A DNA stretch of 63,979 bases, counting the filler, from Welwitschia mirabilis (Eukaryota), in the NCBI GenBank assembly GCA_051453625.1. It is 5 parts of one record of this genome, joined end to end, with 100 filler letters (N's around TTAATTAATTAA, not from the genome) between each part and the next. Parts side by side here need not be neighbours in the genome. Positions count along the whole stretch, not along the records: positions 1 to 19,062 come from JBOZIK010000001.1; 4 more parts are not named here. One strand, given 5' to 3'. The stretch's first letter is position 1. Each line of letters starts with the position of its first letter. Both the position numbers and the translations under genes were made by a program. Below the pieces are notes generated by a model. That model saw nothing but the letters and a program-made list of their open reading frames with translations. It ran no database searches and was not told the origin of the DNA. This document shows, piece after piece, positions 1-13,554 of the stretch.

Positions 1-75
1 AATAACATAAAATAGCAAATTATGGGGCTAGTAGCAATTACATACTACAATTGAACACAATCGAAATAGTCAACA
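1..75 (-). mobile_element. Start of a Copia (Ale-like) LTR that runs off the window; inverted copy of the LTR at 16725
   Basis: Reverse complement of 1-75 (TGTTGACTATTTCGATTGTGTTCAATTGTAGTATGTAATTGCTACTAGC...) matches 16725-16799 with about 4 mismatches. No PPT abuts it, so it is a 5' or solo LTR. Confidence 0.85.
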
Positions 76-269
76 ATTAGTAAGCAGCAGATAAACAAGC
101 ATAAAGGTGACCAAATAGTATGTATCAGGTGTTAAAAAGATGCATCTGACAAGTACTAATGACAATTAGTTTTTGACATACAAAACATGTGGAATGCATA
201 TGGTGCACCTAAGGCGTGTAAGTATAACTCAAACTACAGGATGATCACAAAGAATATGAAAATATTATT

Positions 270-515
270 ATGCTTATCCTTTTTCTGTGAGCTCAAAGCT
301 TGGCTTTCTGAATTAGCCTAACTTGTTTCCTTGTTATCAGTTTGCCCTGTGCCTACCACTATGCAGCTTAACTCAAAAAAAACAAAACACACAGACAAAA
401 TTTAAATGTTATTATCCTTTTCCTTTTTCTTCACGAGCTCAAAGCTTGGATTTCTAAATCAGCCTAATTTGTTCCAATGTCATCATTTCATCCTCTGCCT
501 TCCATTATGTAGCTT
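270..515. repeat. Diverged ~100-bp direct repeat (270-369 and 406-515)
   Basis: Both copies share TTATCCTTTT...GAGCTCAAAGCTTGGxTTTCTxAATxAGCCTAAxTTGTT...TGCCTxCCAxTATGxAGCTT. Confidence 0.75.
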
Positions 516-599
516 GCCTCTTAAGCTTATTGACATGTACACAATTACCATCTGGCTGCCCCTAAAGAATCTTTATGCCTATGACATAAATCTTAGCTA

Positions 600-1513
600 G
601 GCTTTTAAAATATGGATGAAGTTGGGATTTGTAAGATAAGGATTGATTCCAGTAATTGGGCTTATGAGGGCAAAAATGATTTTGAGGGTTTATGTCGTTT
701 ATACCGAAATAAGAGAAATAAAGAACAAAAAGAGAACCAGAAAACCCGAGAGCAAATTAAAATTTTGGAATATTGAACTTACATAGCTTTAAAGAAAATA
801 TCCAAACAGCGGAATATGCAACAAATAAAAATCTCCTTTTCATTAACAAAAACAACATTATAAGGGGTCCATGCATGCACAAAGTATTTAGATTGATTGC
901 AAAATGATGGCTTTTAAAGTTTAGGGATAATGGATGAAGGATTTGAACGATGATTAAAGGTTCCAGAAGATATTTTCAACTTGGGTTTGATAGAGGATAA
1001 TAGGGGTAGTTTGGATGATTTTTCAGGTGTTAGATGAATGATTATGATAGTGTTAGGTTCTTAAGATGAGAGTTTATTGAGGTATTTATAGAAATTTTTT
1101 TGTTTTTTGGGTGTCCTCCCATGTGTTAAATCATGATAGGCTGTTAGGGTAAGTGCTTTGGTAATGTCTAGGCTTTACAGAGGTATATGAAGCCCAAGAA
1201 TAGGTATCAAGCTCAAACTAGGTATCATGCGTAGACTAGTATCAAACGGCAAGCTTGGAATTAAGGCTAAAACTAGGCATCAAGCCCAAGGCTTGGCATC
1301 AAGCCCAATGCTTGGCATCAAGCCTAGATGGGTATCAAGCCAAAGTTTACGTATAGAGCCTAGATTGGGTATCAAGTGCAAGGTATGATCTAGGTGAGGG
1401 AGGTGTGTTTTAAAGTCTTTTATGGGATTCAAGGGATGACAGAGAGGTTTGTGGTGGCAAAGGCATGACTTAGGTTCCACATTTATCTAGGAACATTAAC
1501 ATTCGATCTTATA
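600..1513 (-). repeat. 3' LTR of the Tat-like element, with ~20-bp internal tandem repeats (GGTATCAAGCC-type, ~1180-1390)
   Basis: Colinear with 14140-14953 (GATGAAGTTGGGATTT, CCATGCATGC, GATTGATTGC, GGTATTTATAGAAA, GGCAAAG-CATGAC blocks). Confidence 0.75.
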
Positions 1514-2149
1514 GTATATGCCTTTCTTTGGAGGCATTCTAAGATGCTATGAAACATGCATGCAAAGAACATAGATGAAGCTGATATTTTGATTTGGTTG
1601 ATTGGATGCTAGAGTCTTATATTGGCGCTAGAGATATGGTTGTTGTTGCTGTAGTTGTTGATGAATCAGAGGCATGCCTTGCTAAGGTGAAGTGTGCATG
1701 TGGTGCCTCGTTGTTGTTGGGGCACGATTAGATGGATTGTGTTGTGCTGTGACACTAGAATGATGCTAGTGCTGTTTTCCCTCTTTGCAATGTGGTACAG
1801 AGTATGACGATATATCACATATACAAAGAAGTGGGTGTTGGAATGATTTGTTGAAACAAGAATCTTGGAAGAAATAATCCGATATAAACCTAGAAATAAC
1901 TCGCATAGAGAGACAAAAATTTAAGAAAGGAATTGTAGAGAATTGGGAAAGAAGGGGGGATTAGAAAGAAGCAAGAAAATTAGAAGAAGGGTGGGATATG
2001 TGTGTTTGGGAGATCAATGGTAGTAACATTTGAGTAATTGGATGTTGACAAGCTTTGGAAGGCTCGTTTGGTCAAGGGATTTTAATTTCAATGCCCCTTT
2101 CGGATACATGAAATGAATGATATAAGATTCCATGTAGTTTGATGTGAAT

Positions 2150-2770
2150 ATGAATGTAGGGTTGAGGAATTTTCATGAAGGACAAGAATTCTTATGTCAA
2201 GGTCATAGGATTGGATGCATTTGTTGAAGGCTTTGAAGATGTTAGATTGGGAGTGGAGATGTGTCAAGTGGTAGCTAGGTGATAACCTTTGAGAAGGTTA
2301 AAGTCATGTAATTGTGTTTTAGGATCATGCGGGTTATCGAGGACGAGGAATTATAAAGTGACACAAAAGGTGGGAATATAAAGTTCAATCTATAACACAA
2401 ATTCAATGCCAAAGGTGAGAGAAAATGGCGTCTCACAAATAATAATTGGTTGGCTGGTGCACTATGCTTATAGAACATAGGAAAGTTTTGTGATTGGTAA
2501 ATAGAGTATTGGATGCATTTTGTGAGCCTTTTGTTTGACAATCTTGATTGTGGAATTAAGAACATTGTGCTAGATAATGGTAGGACTAAGCCTAGGCATG
2601 TTTGAGTATGACTTGGCATATGCTTTTTACTATGTGGTCAGCATGTAGATTAAATCATTGCAGATTTTATATGGTGCAGAATTTCCATATTTGAGGACTT
2701 TTCTATCACTAGGAGTTCCATGGTTAATTACAATGGGTGTTTCTATGGTAAAATCTTTAGGATTTTACTC
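2150..2770 (-). pseudogene. Degenerate Gypsy/Tat RT N-terminus and probable RNase H remnant
   Basis: Minus strand reads ...KAYAKSYSNMPRLSPTII*HNVLNSTIKIVKQKAHKMHP, resembling the Tat FAWSYxDMPGLDPxIVxH...PVKQKxRRM motif; a YDLDIR-like segment lies near 2200. Confidence 0.5.
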
Positions 2771-5700
2771 AAGTTGTTTTAAGATTGATTGCTGAGTTTT
2801 TGGTATTACCTTCCTCTTTGAAATTAATGTTCAAGATAAAAAGAGGATGAGTGCTATCAAGCTCAACAACCGTTCATTGGATTAGTTGGGTGGTGACGAG
2901 GGTGAGAATTTCAAGGAATGCAAGCAATTGATTTCATGAAGTAAAGTGATCCATCTTGCAAGAAGGCATAAAAATGCTTCAGAGATCAATGAGATTAGGA
3001 GCTAAAGATTTTTTGGGGATGTTATAGGCTTTTAAGATCAAATATCACTATTATGGTCTCTTGGGCATTATAGGAAGATAGAGAGATAATTTCATTAATG
3101 ATTAGGTATGATATAAGTTCAAAACAAGGACCATATGGTGCATTATAGTCATATTTAAGTGGAAAGCAAGTTTTATGATGCCGTAGCATCATATAAGGTG
3201 GTTATGATGTTTGTATGATTCCTTTGTGTCATACGAACCAAATTGTGGTTGCTATATGATGGCTTGGCATCATATGAGGCAATTCTGGTGGTTGTGTATA
3301 GGACAATTTTTGGAGGTAGGCATTATGACTATGATGGTTATATGATGCCAAGGCATCCTATGAGACAATTTTGTTGGCCACATGACATCTGGATATCATA
3401 TGTGGTTAAAAAGGCAATTATAAGATATCTTGGCATCATACAAAATTGAAGATACGGGTAATGTGACACCAAAATGTCACATGTTAGGATATTGATAGTA
3501 GTGAGATGGGGAGGTGTCTTTCATGAATAAGATGACATTGGCGTGACACTAGAGCATCATAGTATCAGCCATTTTTGGGTGTGATGTTGGGGTGTTATAC
3601 TTGGACAAGTGGATGTTATTTTGATTTAAGGAAAATAAAATAGTTTATATGGTTGAAATGCAGTGTTGGGGGGTTTCATTATATACATGTCGACAATCAT
3701 TAAATAACTTATTTAATGAGCTTGGTAAAAAGGAGTGAAAGTAGGATAAAAAGCTTAGAGACTTAAATTGACACACCATTTGGTTTGTTCATAGTATTTG
3801 ACTCATTATTGGCATTCTTGCAGTGATATCTTGTCTTGTGTATTCTAGTAAGTTCCTACAATTTATTTTCTTGACTTTCTAAACTTTGATATTCATGTGT
3901 TGCAAAAATGGTATATTTGTAGTCGCATATGTGTTTTATGCCTTATCATGTGGGCTTGCATTACGATTTATTCAATACGGAGTAAGATTCTAAGTTTGAT
4001 GTTCGTTATCCTAATTAGGGGTTTGGTTTGTATTCTTGTTATTTTGTTGTTTTGAGGATGGTGCAGTTTTGTGGTTATGGGCCTTTTGACAATAGCTAGG
4101 GTTTCATTATGGTTTGGATAAAGTCATAAAAGATACATGCAGGGTGTGTCTCTTGTAAGCTTAACTTGTCTAGGGTGCTTGTGGTGTAAAGTAACTTAAA
4201 TCTCTTCAGACTGTAGTATTTCTGTTAGGGTTAATATTACAAAAATTACAACTTTAGTGCAAGATGAAGGTTAGGTGGTACATCTTTGGTGTGTTGTGAA
4301 ATGCCTAGAAATTGTATTTATGGGTTGGTCCTTGATGGTTCAAGGGTGGTTGTCTAGTAAGGTTTTGGATGTTCGACATTTTCAGTAGCCATTGTTTTGG
4401 TATTATCTAACATGGTGGGCATACGCCTATATGATGAGCTTGGGCTTTGTGTGTAGGGGTGAGAGAGGTTTTCATATGTGACATCTGGGTGTGTGACACT
4501 CATGCATCATTGGATTGCCTTTATTGAGTTATGATTTTCAAAGTTATTGGTTTCAGGAAATTGACATGTAACACTAAGGCATGTGACACTTAGGCATGTG
4601 ATGTTTTTGATTCCGTTAAGGGAATTTTAATTTATGATTTGGGTAAGAGTTGGAAGTTGGTGTTTGTGTTCAAGTGGTGTTGGCATGTGACGCTGAGGCA
4701 TATGACACTTGAGAGTCAAAGTCATCGTTTGTTAAGGATTGTTCTTTGAGATTGCCTTAGAGAGTTTAGATGTTTGGTGTATAAACCTAAGAATCACATG
4801 ACTTTTACTTGATTCAAAGACGTCCAATCGTTTAATTGAGGGAGAGCGTCTGGTGTTTGTTGCTATGATGCTGAGGTATATGACAGTTGTCATATCTTGG
4901 GTCTGTAATGAAGTAACTAAGTCTTTTCCTTTTGAACATGTCTATTATCTGTTATACAATTCACCTGCTCACACTGTCATTGTTGTGTAGGGAGTCTTAG
5001 TTATAGCTTGTAGTCATGATCAATGTCATTCTAAGACTAGCATGAATGGCATGAGGGGTGGAGGTAAAATTAAGAGGCCAGAGAAGGGGGCAATTTGCTT
5101 GCATGCTTCTGCAGGCTTTGATAATTGGCATATCATCATTGAGCCACACTAGACTTTTAGAGATGAGGTCAGTGACTCGAAGAATTTTTCCTAGGTTCCC
5201 TTAGTTGGGAGAAAGAGGATTGTGTGAAAACATAGCTACACAGATAACTTAGATCGACTCTTTAACAATTTAAGCCTTTGGGTTTGGTTTGCTTTGAGTG
5301 AGGATAACCTATAGGAATGTTGAGTTTCTTAAGTAGTGATAAAGAGAAGTATCAAGCTGAATTCATGTGGGAACAAAACATACATCATGTTGCATTCATT
5401 TGGCAGTAAGATGACCAAAGTAACATGCTAGCCCATGGAAAGAATTTGAAGAGAGTGTGGTTGGCCAAGAACATGAGATGTTGGCCACTTTCATGTGTAT
5501 AACTTCTTACTGATCAAAAATAGTGATTGCACTTGATGTTCAATCCTTCGACTACCATAATCTTTGTTAATCATTTTGTAAATGATGAGNNNNNNNNNNN
5601 NNNNNNNNNATTGATGGGTTTGTGTCAGATGATTACAAGGAGCACTAGACTAAAGAGTGTAAGCTTAGAGTATAAGGTGCCCACTTTGCATTGTTTGTTA

Positions 5701-7599
5701 AAGACCAAGGTCTTTGATTCATTGAAAAGCCAAGGACAAATCCATTTCATGTGGGAGATGTCTAACATAGGTGCTAGAAGTATGAAGCCCTTTTCGTACC
5801 AGCTTAGAGATTCCTAGCTTGGTCAGTGAATTTTTGCTCTATCGTTTTGATTTGACTTGTGTAATTTGGGATTTTGATTGTTTATTGAATTGTGGGTTTT
5901 GGATTTTTGCTTGTTGCATGTTATGAGAAAGCAGGTGGCCTAATCATTTTATTAGTACTACTGGATGAGAAAGCTATAAGGTAGGAGGTATACTAGGGTG
6001 TTTTGGATTTTGTAGTTTATTGTTTGACCCAATATTCAATAAGATAGTGAAACCTTTGAAGTTGTCAGTTTGTATGATCTAACCATTTAGTAGAACCAAG
6101 TCATAATGAGTTAGAGATGTTGAAAGTTGGGGTAAAATGGGGCCCTAAGAATTACCAAGTGAATGCAATCAATTTTGGGTTTGCTTCATGATGGTGTACC
6201 TCTGAAAAGATTGGGGTTGCCAGGGCGAGTCGGGTAGCCCTAGAGCAACATGCAATTAGTTTTGGGTTTGCTTGATTATGGGATTCCTTTTGAAAAAGAC
6301 TTTTTTTTTGTTCTGCTTTTTTTTTTTGGGTGGGGGGGTGGTTGGGGTTGTTCTTAAGGCAACATGTATAAGCACAAATGACCTAATTTTGGATTGGTTG
6401 CGCCTATGAAAAGGTAGGGAAGAAAAGAAAACTCCAGTGTAATGATTTAGAAGAAAATAAGAGGAAGTTTTAAAATGGGCTGTCCATGTTTTGAAGCTTA
6501 TAAAGTTTGGGAACAAGACAGATGTATCAGATATATTGCTATACTGTATGAAAGGCATCAGGGAAAATGGCATACACTATATTAGGTCCAGTTTAGTAAA
6601 GGAAGCATTTCATGAGAAAATAAAGGAATTGAAGAAGTAGAAAAAGTTAAGTGTGATAATTCACTTATGCTCTACTCTAGTTGTAACAATAACTTGCATT
6701 TACTACGAATACAAATGATTGGCTAATTAAAGAGTGGACATATTCAAGTTTGGACACATAATGGTTTATTATCTCCAAAGAATAATGCTAAAGAAGAGGC
6801 CCTCTCTTGGCATGGTGTGATGCAGTATCACGAATGAGGGCATTGATAGCATGGTTGTGAATGATTCTATGAGGTTCTTGGACCAAGTTAACTGGGAGCA
6901 CAAAAGAAGCGGTTGAGGCATAGAAAATATTGATAGGTCTAGGATCAGGCTAACTATCTTGTGTAGTGCTAAACCATGGGAGGATTGACAAATATCAAAG
7001 GAAGAAGTTAGGAAGAGATAAGGCCAAGAACAAGAAAGAACATCAAGATATTTATCTTTGGAAAAAGGAGTAGTCAAAGAAAGATCAATAAATCAAGTGA
7101 TAAGTCTTTTACTTCATTATACTTATCATTGTTGTTGTTATTAGATGACTTACTAATGATTTAAAGTGTCGCTTCGACAACCCCCATGATAAGTAAGAAG
7201 AGACCAACAACTGATAAAGGAGTGGAAGAAAAGGTATATTTTTGGTTGGAAAAAGAAAAGCTGAAGAAGCAATTGACTGCTTTTAAGAGAATAGATTGAA
7301 GTGGGTTTGAGTTAATGAAAATGTGGAGAATGTAGGGACAACTCATGTAATGCCTTCAAAATTACAAGAGAGTGCCCCAAACTTGGAAGTTCTTGAAGTG
7401 CATAAGGAGCCAAGCAAAGATAGTGGGAAAGGTAATGGTTTGGTTGAGGTTTTTGGCGTGACATTTTGTTTTGAAATGATATTTCATGGCACTCATTGTT
7501 TGTGTGGGGCTCTATAGGGAAAGAGGTAGCTACGAAATTTTTTCTGAAGAGAAAGGGAATTGTGAATTTTGCTCTGTTCTAGCTTATGTGACTCCAAAT

Positions 7600-9950
7600 G
7601 AAATTACTGACGTAAAAGGGTAGGATAATTTAATCAGTTCATGACTATTGTAGACTCTAGATATTGTTTATCCTATGGCTGGTAAAGTTTAATTGGTCAA
7701 AGTTTTATTGATGACATTAGCTATCCCTTGTTGGTAATCTAAGCCCTATTACCCTCAAAATCGAGTACGACTCGCTTATTAGAGCCAAAAATGAATAGTA
7801 AATAAAGGCTAGAATATTGTTTAAAAGGTGCTTGGTTTATTGAAAGATCAAGTGTATAGAAACACCAGATTGGAGGAAATGTTTAGTCATATTACTGTAG
7901 AACTAATAAATACACATAATGTTAATCAAATATCATCTGATTGTGTTGAAGAAGAATGAGGTATTATAGTTCATTCAAGCATTAACTAGTAGGGAAACAA
8001 GACATTTTTGTTTAAAGCATTTAACACAGGGAAGGCTATAAGGTTAATGAGGTGTGTCGTAGAGCAAAGTCAGATTGAGTGTAATAAAAATCTCATAGTT
8101 GATAACCATTAAAAAGAGATTGCTTGTAAAATCCTTTGTCATAATGCTATGGAGTATGATTAGATGGCAAAGGGAAAAGTGTATTATAAGGTGAAAATGT
8201 AACCTTTTCGAGGCTATTGTTGAGGAATGTGCTAGAGACGTGGCAAATGATACATTTTGGAATAGAAAGGCTTACATTCAAAATATGAAAAGCAAGTTGT
8301 GAGAGTATGGGGCTAGAGTTGTATAAGTTGTTGATGTTGTAGAGTTACCTGCAAATGCTGGTGCACACAATGAATCATCTCCCCATGTGGAAGAAGGCAT
8401 AAGGCCATGTATAACTAGGGATGATGTTGGACTAAGTGGCATGAAGAACACATCTGGAGGTGGTAGAGATACCATTGGTCCTTTGAGAAAAGATGCTACA
8501 CAAGAATAGGATTTTGGTTTTTTACTTATATTCCCTTGTGGGATTTTCGAGACATGCCCAATTTGTAAGTGATTGTTAACAATAGAATTTTGTGCTAACT
8601 ATCAGTTATAAGGTTTTGATAATGTATTAATGCAAATTTTGTGAAAATGGAAAAGTTTTTTTTGAATGTGAAGCTGGTCCATGGGTTTTTGTTATGTTTT
8701 CTTTTAGTAGTATGTACAACTACAGATAACTACTTATATGATCACTTGATTAAGTCCTGAGATCATTGTTGCAAGACTCTTTAGGTAATGACGAGTACTC
8801 TCCGAGTCTTGAGTTCTTTTGAACTTGCGAGTTGGGTGGGCAGAAACGCATCAAGTCCGAGTCAGCTCCCGAAACTCGTGAGTCTTGGCGAGTCTGTACA
8901 CGACACGAAACTCTCTAGTGACTTGTTTTGATTCCTAAGTCTGTGCTGAGTTGGCTCCCAAGTCAACTCAAGCCACGAGTTTTTTCCCCTAGCTAAGTTG
9001 GGTGGTGAGTTCGAGTCTTGCAAAATGCCTGAGATTATTGACCAAAAACCTATTGATGATGAATGCCTAATGTGATAATGAAGGCATAGAAGTGCTAGTA
9101 CTATTATGGTTTGTATCATCATATGGTCCTTTGTACTAACCAAATCCTAAAGAAGCCCATAACATTGGGATAGAGGATTCTATCATGATGTGATTGTTTG
9201 GATCATTGATTAGGTTTTGGCATGTTGCAGGTAGTGCATAAATGTAAATACATAAGTTCAAGTGTTGATGTGTAAAGCAAAAGAAAAGATGGAGGACCAA
9301 AGTCCTCTAAGATTAGACTAGTAGTGTTATTTGGTGGTTGAATACTATTTGCTTTTGCATATATGCAAGGAGAGGGGTTTGTGTTAGCAATGGGAACTTT
9401 GCTATTAACCATTGCTTTGATTTCGTTATGGAAAATTGAATCTGGTGCGCCATGTTGTGTTAGCTAGGGATGTCCTAGAATGATATTTGTGGTCATTTTT
9501 CCTACCATTATGACTAGACAAGTTTTAGCTTTTAAGGGCTCATCCTCTAATTGGACACCCCAATATCCTATGTTTATTGCTAGGTTTCCATTAAAGGTTT
9601 GCAAGACTGGGATATCCATGTGATTAGTTGCATCTTCTTGGCCTAACTCTTTAAAGCATTGATATGTAATGACATTTGATCTTGGACATGACCATATAAG
9701 TTTAACATCATATCCATTTGCATTTGCTATAATGTAAAAGGGAGATGTGTCGTAATGTGATAGGCCAACTTCAAACATCTTTATGTTGTGATCTTCAAAG
9801 GTTATAGGCTGGATTTGTAGGTTGGAGGAGGTATCACAGTACACATTTTGGTTGACAAGGTGTATATGATTGGTGGTATACGGTTGGTGTAATCTCAAGA
9901 GATGGGAATGCCATAAAGAATGTTTTCTCAAGCATTATTGTGCATTGGGG
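7600..9950 (-). pseudogene. Degenerate Gypsy aspartic protease and RT/RNase H remnants
   Basis: ORF 9464-9931 (PFYIIAN...NVITYQCFKELG...LQTFNG...NIILGHP) resembles a retrotransposon protease; an RNase H-like segment at ~7800-8030 is weak. Confidence 0.55.
8764..9027. mobile_element. 264-bp non-autonomous hAT-type MITE
   Basis: TIRs CATTGTTGCAAGACTC / GAGTCTTGCAAAATG; perfect 8-bp TSD CCTGAGAT (8756-8763 and 9028-9035); many internal CGAGT/ACTCG-type motifs. Confidence 0.92.
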
Positions 9951-12779
9951 CATCATGATTAGATTATAGAGGGCGAGGTTTGTTATTTGGGCATTGAGGA
10001 TGTCAAGTGTTTGGTATTCAACGACAGGTGCAGGTAATGGATCTTTTCTCTTCTATGGATCATGAGGTACATGTTGTCTATGTTGTTCTTTTTGTTGAGA
10101 TTGAAGCATAGGAGGATTAACTTGTTCAAATTGATTTTGTTGAGGATCTTGGGTTGGTTGTGTTTGAATCTTAACACTTTGCTTTTGAGAATGATTGAGA
10201 TTTTGTGGTGTATTTTGGGTGGTTTGTCATGTCTTTTTTGGGTCTACAAGCATAGGTTAATGGGTTGGCAAGTATTGGTTGGGCTACGGATTGGATGAGA
10301 AATGGTACAGGCATAGGATACCATAGACCAAGAGGATATGGAGGTGTAGATAAGAGTGGGGACTAGCTTGATGGGTTTTGGCTTGTGCTGTTTTGCCTTT
10401 CCTTGGATCTAATAATAAGTGGTCGTGGATAGGAGTTTCAAGGTTGGATGTGTTGGAATTCTTGTGTTAGTTTTGGTGAGGCCTCTGATTAGTTGCAGGT
10501 CCTATGATGACGAGTAAGATGGTTGTATCTTAGTGTCATTCTCAGTTGTTCTCTTGTGTTTATCGTTATTTGTTTGACTTTCACATTGTTGCTATGCTTA
10601 AATGGTTCATTGAATATTTGAAGTGCTTGGTTGACGAGTTATACTAAGTTATGAGGTTCTAGGACAATTTTGCCGTGGTCAATCCTCTATTGGATAAGGT
10701 CTTTGAGGGCTATGCACCATTTAGTGTCATGGCTTAGGATCCTATTGGATAAGGTCTTTGAGGGTCTGTTGCAATTCGTTATAGGGAGAAATCTTGAATA
10801 GAAAGACCATATAGTTAGTATTCATTTGTTATTGAAGTGGCAAGTTATCATACTAGTCAATGCATGGCTAGTAAGAGAATGGGAGAAGCAGCTAATTTTA
10901 GCTACTTCATTATTAGCAAACATGGATTTAGACATTATGATAGGCACAAACATGTGTTATGGCATTGGTTTCACCATTGANNNNNNNNNNNNNNNNNNNN
11001 NNNNNNNNNNNNNNNNNNNNNNNNNNNNNNNNNNNNNNNNNNNNNNNNNNNNNNNNNNNNNNNNNNNNNNNNNNNNNNNNNNNNNNNNNNNNNNNNNNNN
11101 NNNNNNNNNNNNNNNNNNNNNNNNNNNNNNNNNNNNNNNNNNNNNNNNNNNNNNNNNNNNNNNNNNNNNNNNNNNNNNNNNNNNNNNNNNNNNNNNNNNN
11201 NNNNNNNNNNNNNNNNNNNNNNNNNNNNNNNNNNNNNNNNNNNNNNNNNNNNNNNNNNNNNNNNNNNNNNNNNNNNNNNNNNNNNNNNNNNNNNNNNNNN
11301 NNNNNNNNNNNNNNNNNNNNNNNNNNNNNNNNNNNNNNNNNNNNNNNNNNNNNNNNNNNNNNNNNNNNNCTTTGTGTTCTTGTAAAGCCTATTATTGCAC
11401 TATCGTCGGATCCTAATGTATTCTATGCTGGATCTTTGGGTTCCACAATGATATTTCTAGGTTCTAGGTTTAGGTGCCAAAGATTTTGTGGCATTTGGGG
11501 TTTTGGTAAGTTTCCATGGATTTTTGTGTAGTACTTTTGTTGTCTCCCAGATTTGAGGTTCTACCACCATCAAATAGGTGTCTCCTTGGAGCTCGTGCAA
11601 AGGATTGGAGTGTTTCTATCAAAAGTTTGGATAACATTTTGTGTAAATTTGTGCCTTAAGCACATGCTAGGTCCTCATATTAGGCCTATTTAGGTCCTAT
11701 GTTTTGATTAGCAAGAGCTTGTTCATTTGCCTAGTTTTATATTATTTTGTATTTCTTTAGGGTTGAGTGTCATTAGACTCCTTATTAATGTTCTCAAGCA
11801 TGGACCTAATAGCTTTCTTATTATGCATATTCATTCTTCAGAATAATCCAACCAATCTCTCAATAGCATGATGGTTGAAGGTAGGGCCATTGAGGTTGAA
11901 TGGGTTAAGCTCATGGTCCATTTCATAGTAGGCCATTTTTTCATAAGCAGTGTTGCTTAGATAAATACTTATACAAAGCTTAGCACAAAAGGTTTATGAT
12001 GTTGAGAATGATGTGTGGAGCGAGGATGATGAATGTGAAAAGGGGGAGGGCACTCCATGTGATGATGTGAGTAAAAGGGGAGAGAATGCCCCATGTGATG
12101 TCAAATTGTGTGATCAGGGAGATGTTACTCACATTGAAGATGGTGATGTGTCTGAAGATGCTCTTGATACTCAAGAATGGATGAGTGAACAAGTCAATGG
12201 TGTTGATGATAATGAAGTTGAGATGTTTTTTGAGTATTGTAATACTATTGATGATAATGAGATGGCTTATGGTGGAACATTGTCGCTCCCTAATATATGT
12301 GAGTGTTGTGATGGTATGTCCCATATGTTGAATAGGGTTCTTATGGTTGATGATGATTCCTTTTATAGGTTTCAAGAACAGGGAAGAAGGCCATGACTCC
12401 ATAAATGACAAAGAATATCCCAAAGTGACCATATGCCCATGAAGAAACAAGTTAAGACAACCCAAAACAAGTCATGCCATAAGCAAAAGAAGAGAAACAT
12501 ATTAAATTAAGGCATGAAATGAAGAGGATAATTAAGAAGACGGCCCATGTCACTCACATCATTTTCCAATTCTAGACTTGTTACTCAAGGGGGAGAATGT
12601 GCTTGACTTTTGATTTTTCTCGATATTTTAGTCCAAATGTTTTCAACTTTTGATTACCCTTCATGATCATGTGGCACCACATCCATCTCAAATGTGGTAG
12701 TTGTTCCACATAACTCTAAAAATGTAGATTACTTCAAGTTTTATGATATGAGATGACTAAAGATTTCAAGTAGGAGATA

Positions 12780-13554
12780 TGTTGAAATTTTAAGTGAGAT
12801 TTTTAGTCATTTCCCATTGAAAATTAAAATTAAAATTAGAAAAATAGCATAAATGGTTATGTTAGAATGGTAAAAGATGAGAGGTTATAGGTTCAAATTT
12901 CTACAGGTAAGTGGATATTTTTGACCTTGAAATGTATGTTCATAAGAAAATTAGAATGGAAGAGGTATGATGTTTCATAGAGACGGGACGCTTGGGAAGA
13001 GACATGGAGCCCATGAAATTGGAAGTATAGAGGCATTCTCATGGCAATTGAGAGAGTAGTATTGAAGAGATATCCAAGAGATGAAATTAGAGACATTTAG
13101 AAGACTGATTGAAGGTAGATTCTAGGCCTTGAGAAGGAGGGAGGTGTAAGGCCTTGGGAAGGCGTCCCCTGCTAAGAACATGGAAGTCCACTAATAGGGA
13201 ATCCCCTTGGATTGATTATTGGTGCACCAATAACATTTGTCTCGCCAGATGGTTGGTTAGGTAATAAAAATATTGTCTTTTCCTGTGTTTCGTTATGTTT
13301 AGATTTTTCACCTTCAGGGTAAGTTTCAGTTTCAGGTTCACATTCTAAAATTCCATAGATCGTATTGGTTTTTGAATATGTAGCACAGTTGTCGAGCTCG
13401 TTTGTGATGCCTTGTACTTAATCCTTTTGAGCGGGGAGACACACTGGTTGGTTGCACGTGGGTCGTTAGTGATAGAGTAGCCAGGAGCGGTGGGACCCAG
13501 CCGAACTCTGACCTGCGCATAAGACATAGCACCGTGGATGACTCTTGCTTATCA
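12780..13554 (+). mobile_element. Probable LTR (TG...CA) of an element nested in the Tat-like element; its internal part probably spans ~11370-12780
   Basis: Purine tract AAGTAGGAGA directly before TGTTGA; ends ...GCTTATCA; CpG-richer than the flanks; upstream CAAGGGGGAG PPT-like tract at ~12586. Confidence 0.4.

Noticed and set aside
1180..1390. ~20-bp regularly spaced repeats as a CRISPR array
   Set aside because: The units are contiguous, degenerate and lack unique spacers; they sit inside a plant LTR, recur in the partner LTR, and no cas genes are present.
10687..10764. Short duplications (CTATTGGATAAGGTCTTTGAGGG twice; also a ~22-bp tandem at ~13890-13935)
   Set aside because: Ordinary slippage or repair duplications in decayed TE sequence.
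10826..11531. Long ORFs in the ORF track (also at 16312-16730, 33898-34149 and similar)
   Set aside because: They are open only because they run through N gaps.
12013..12396. 127-aa acidic ORF as a host gene
   Set aside because: Low-complexity D/E/C-rich sequence inside a nested retroelement, with no recognisable domain or splice structure.
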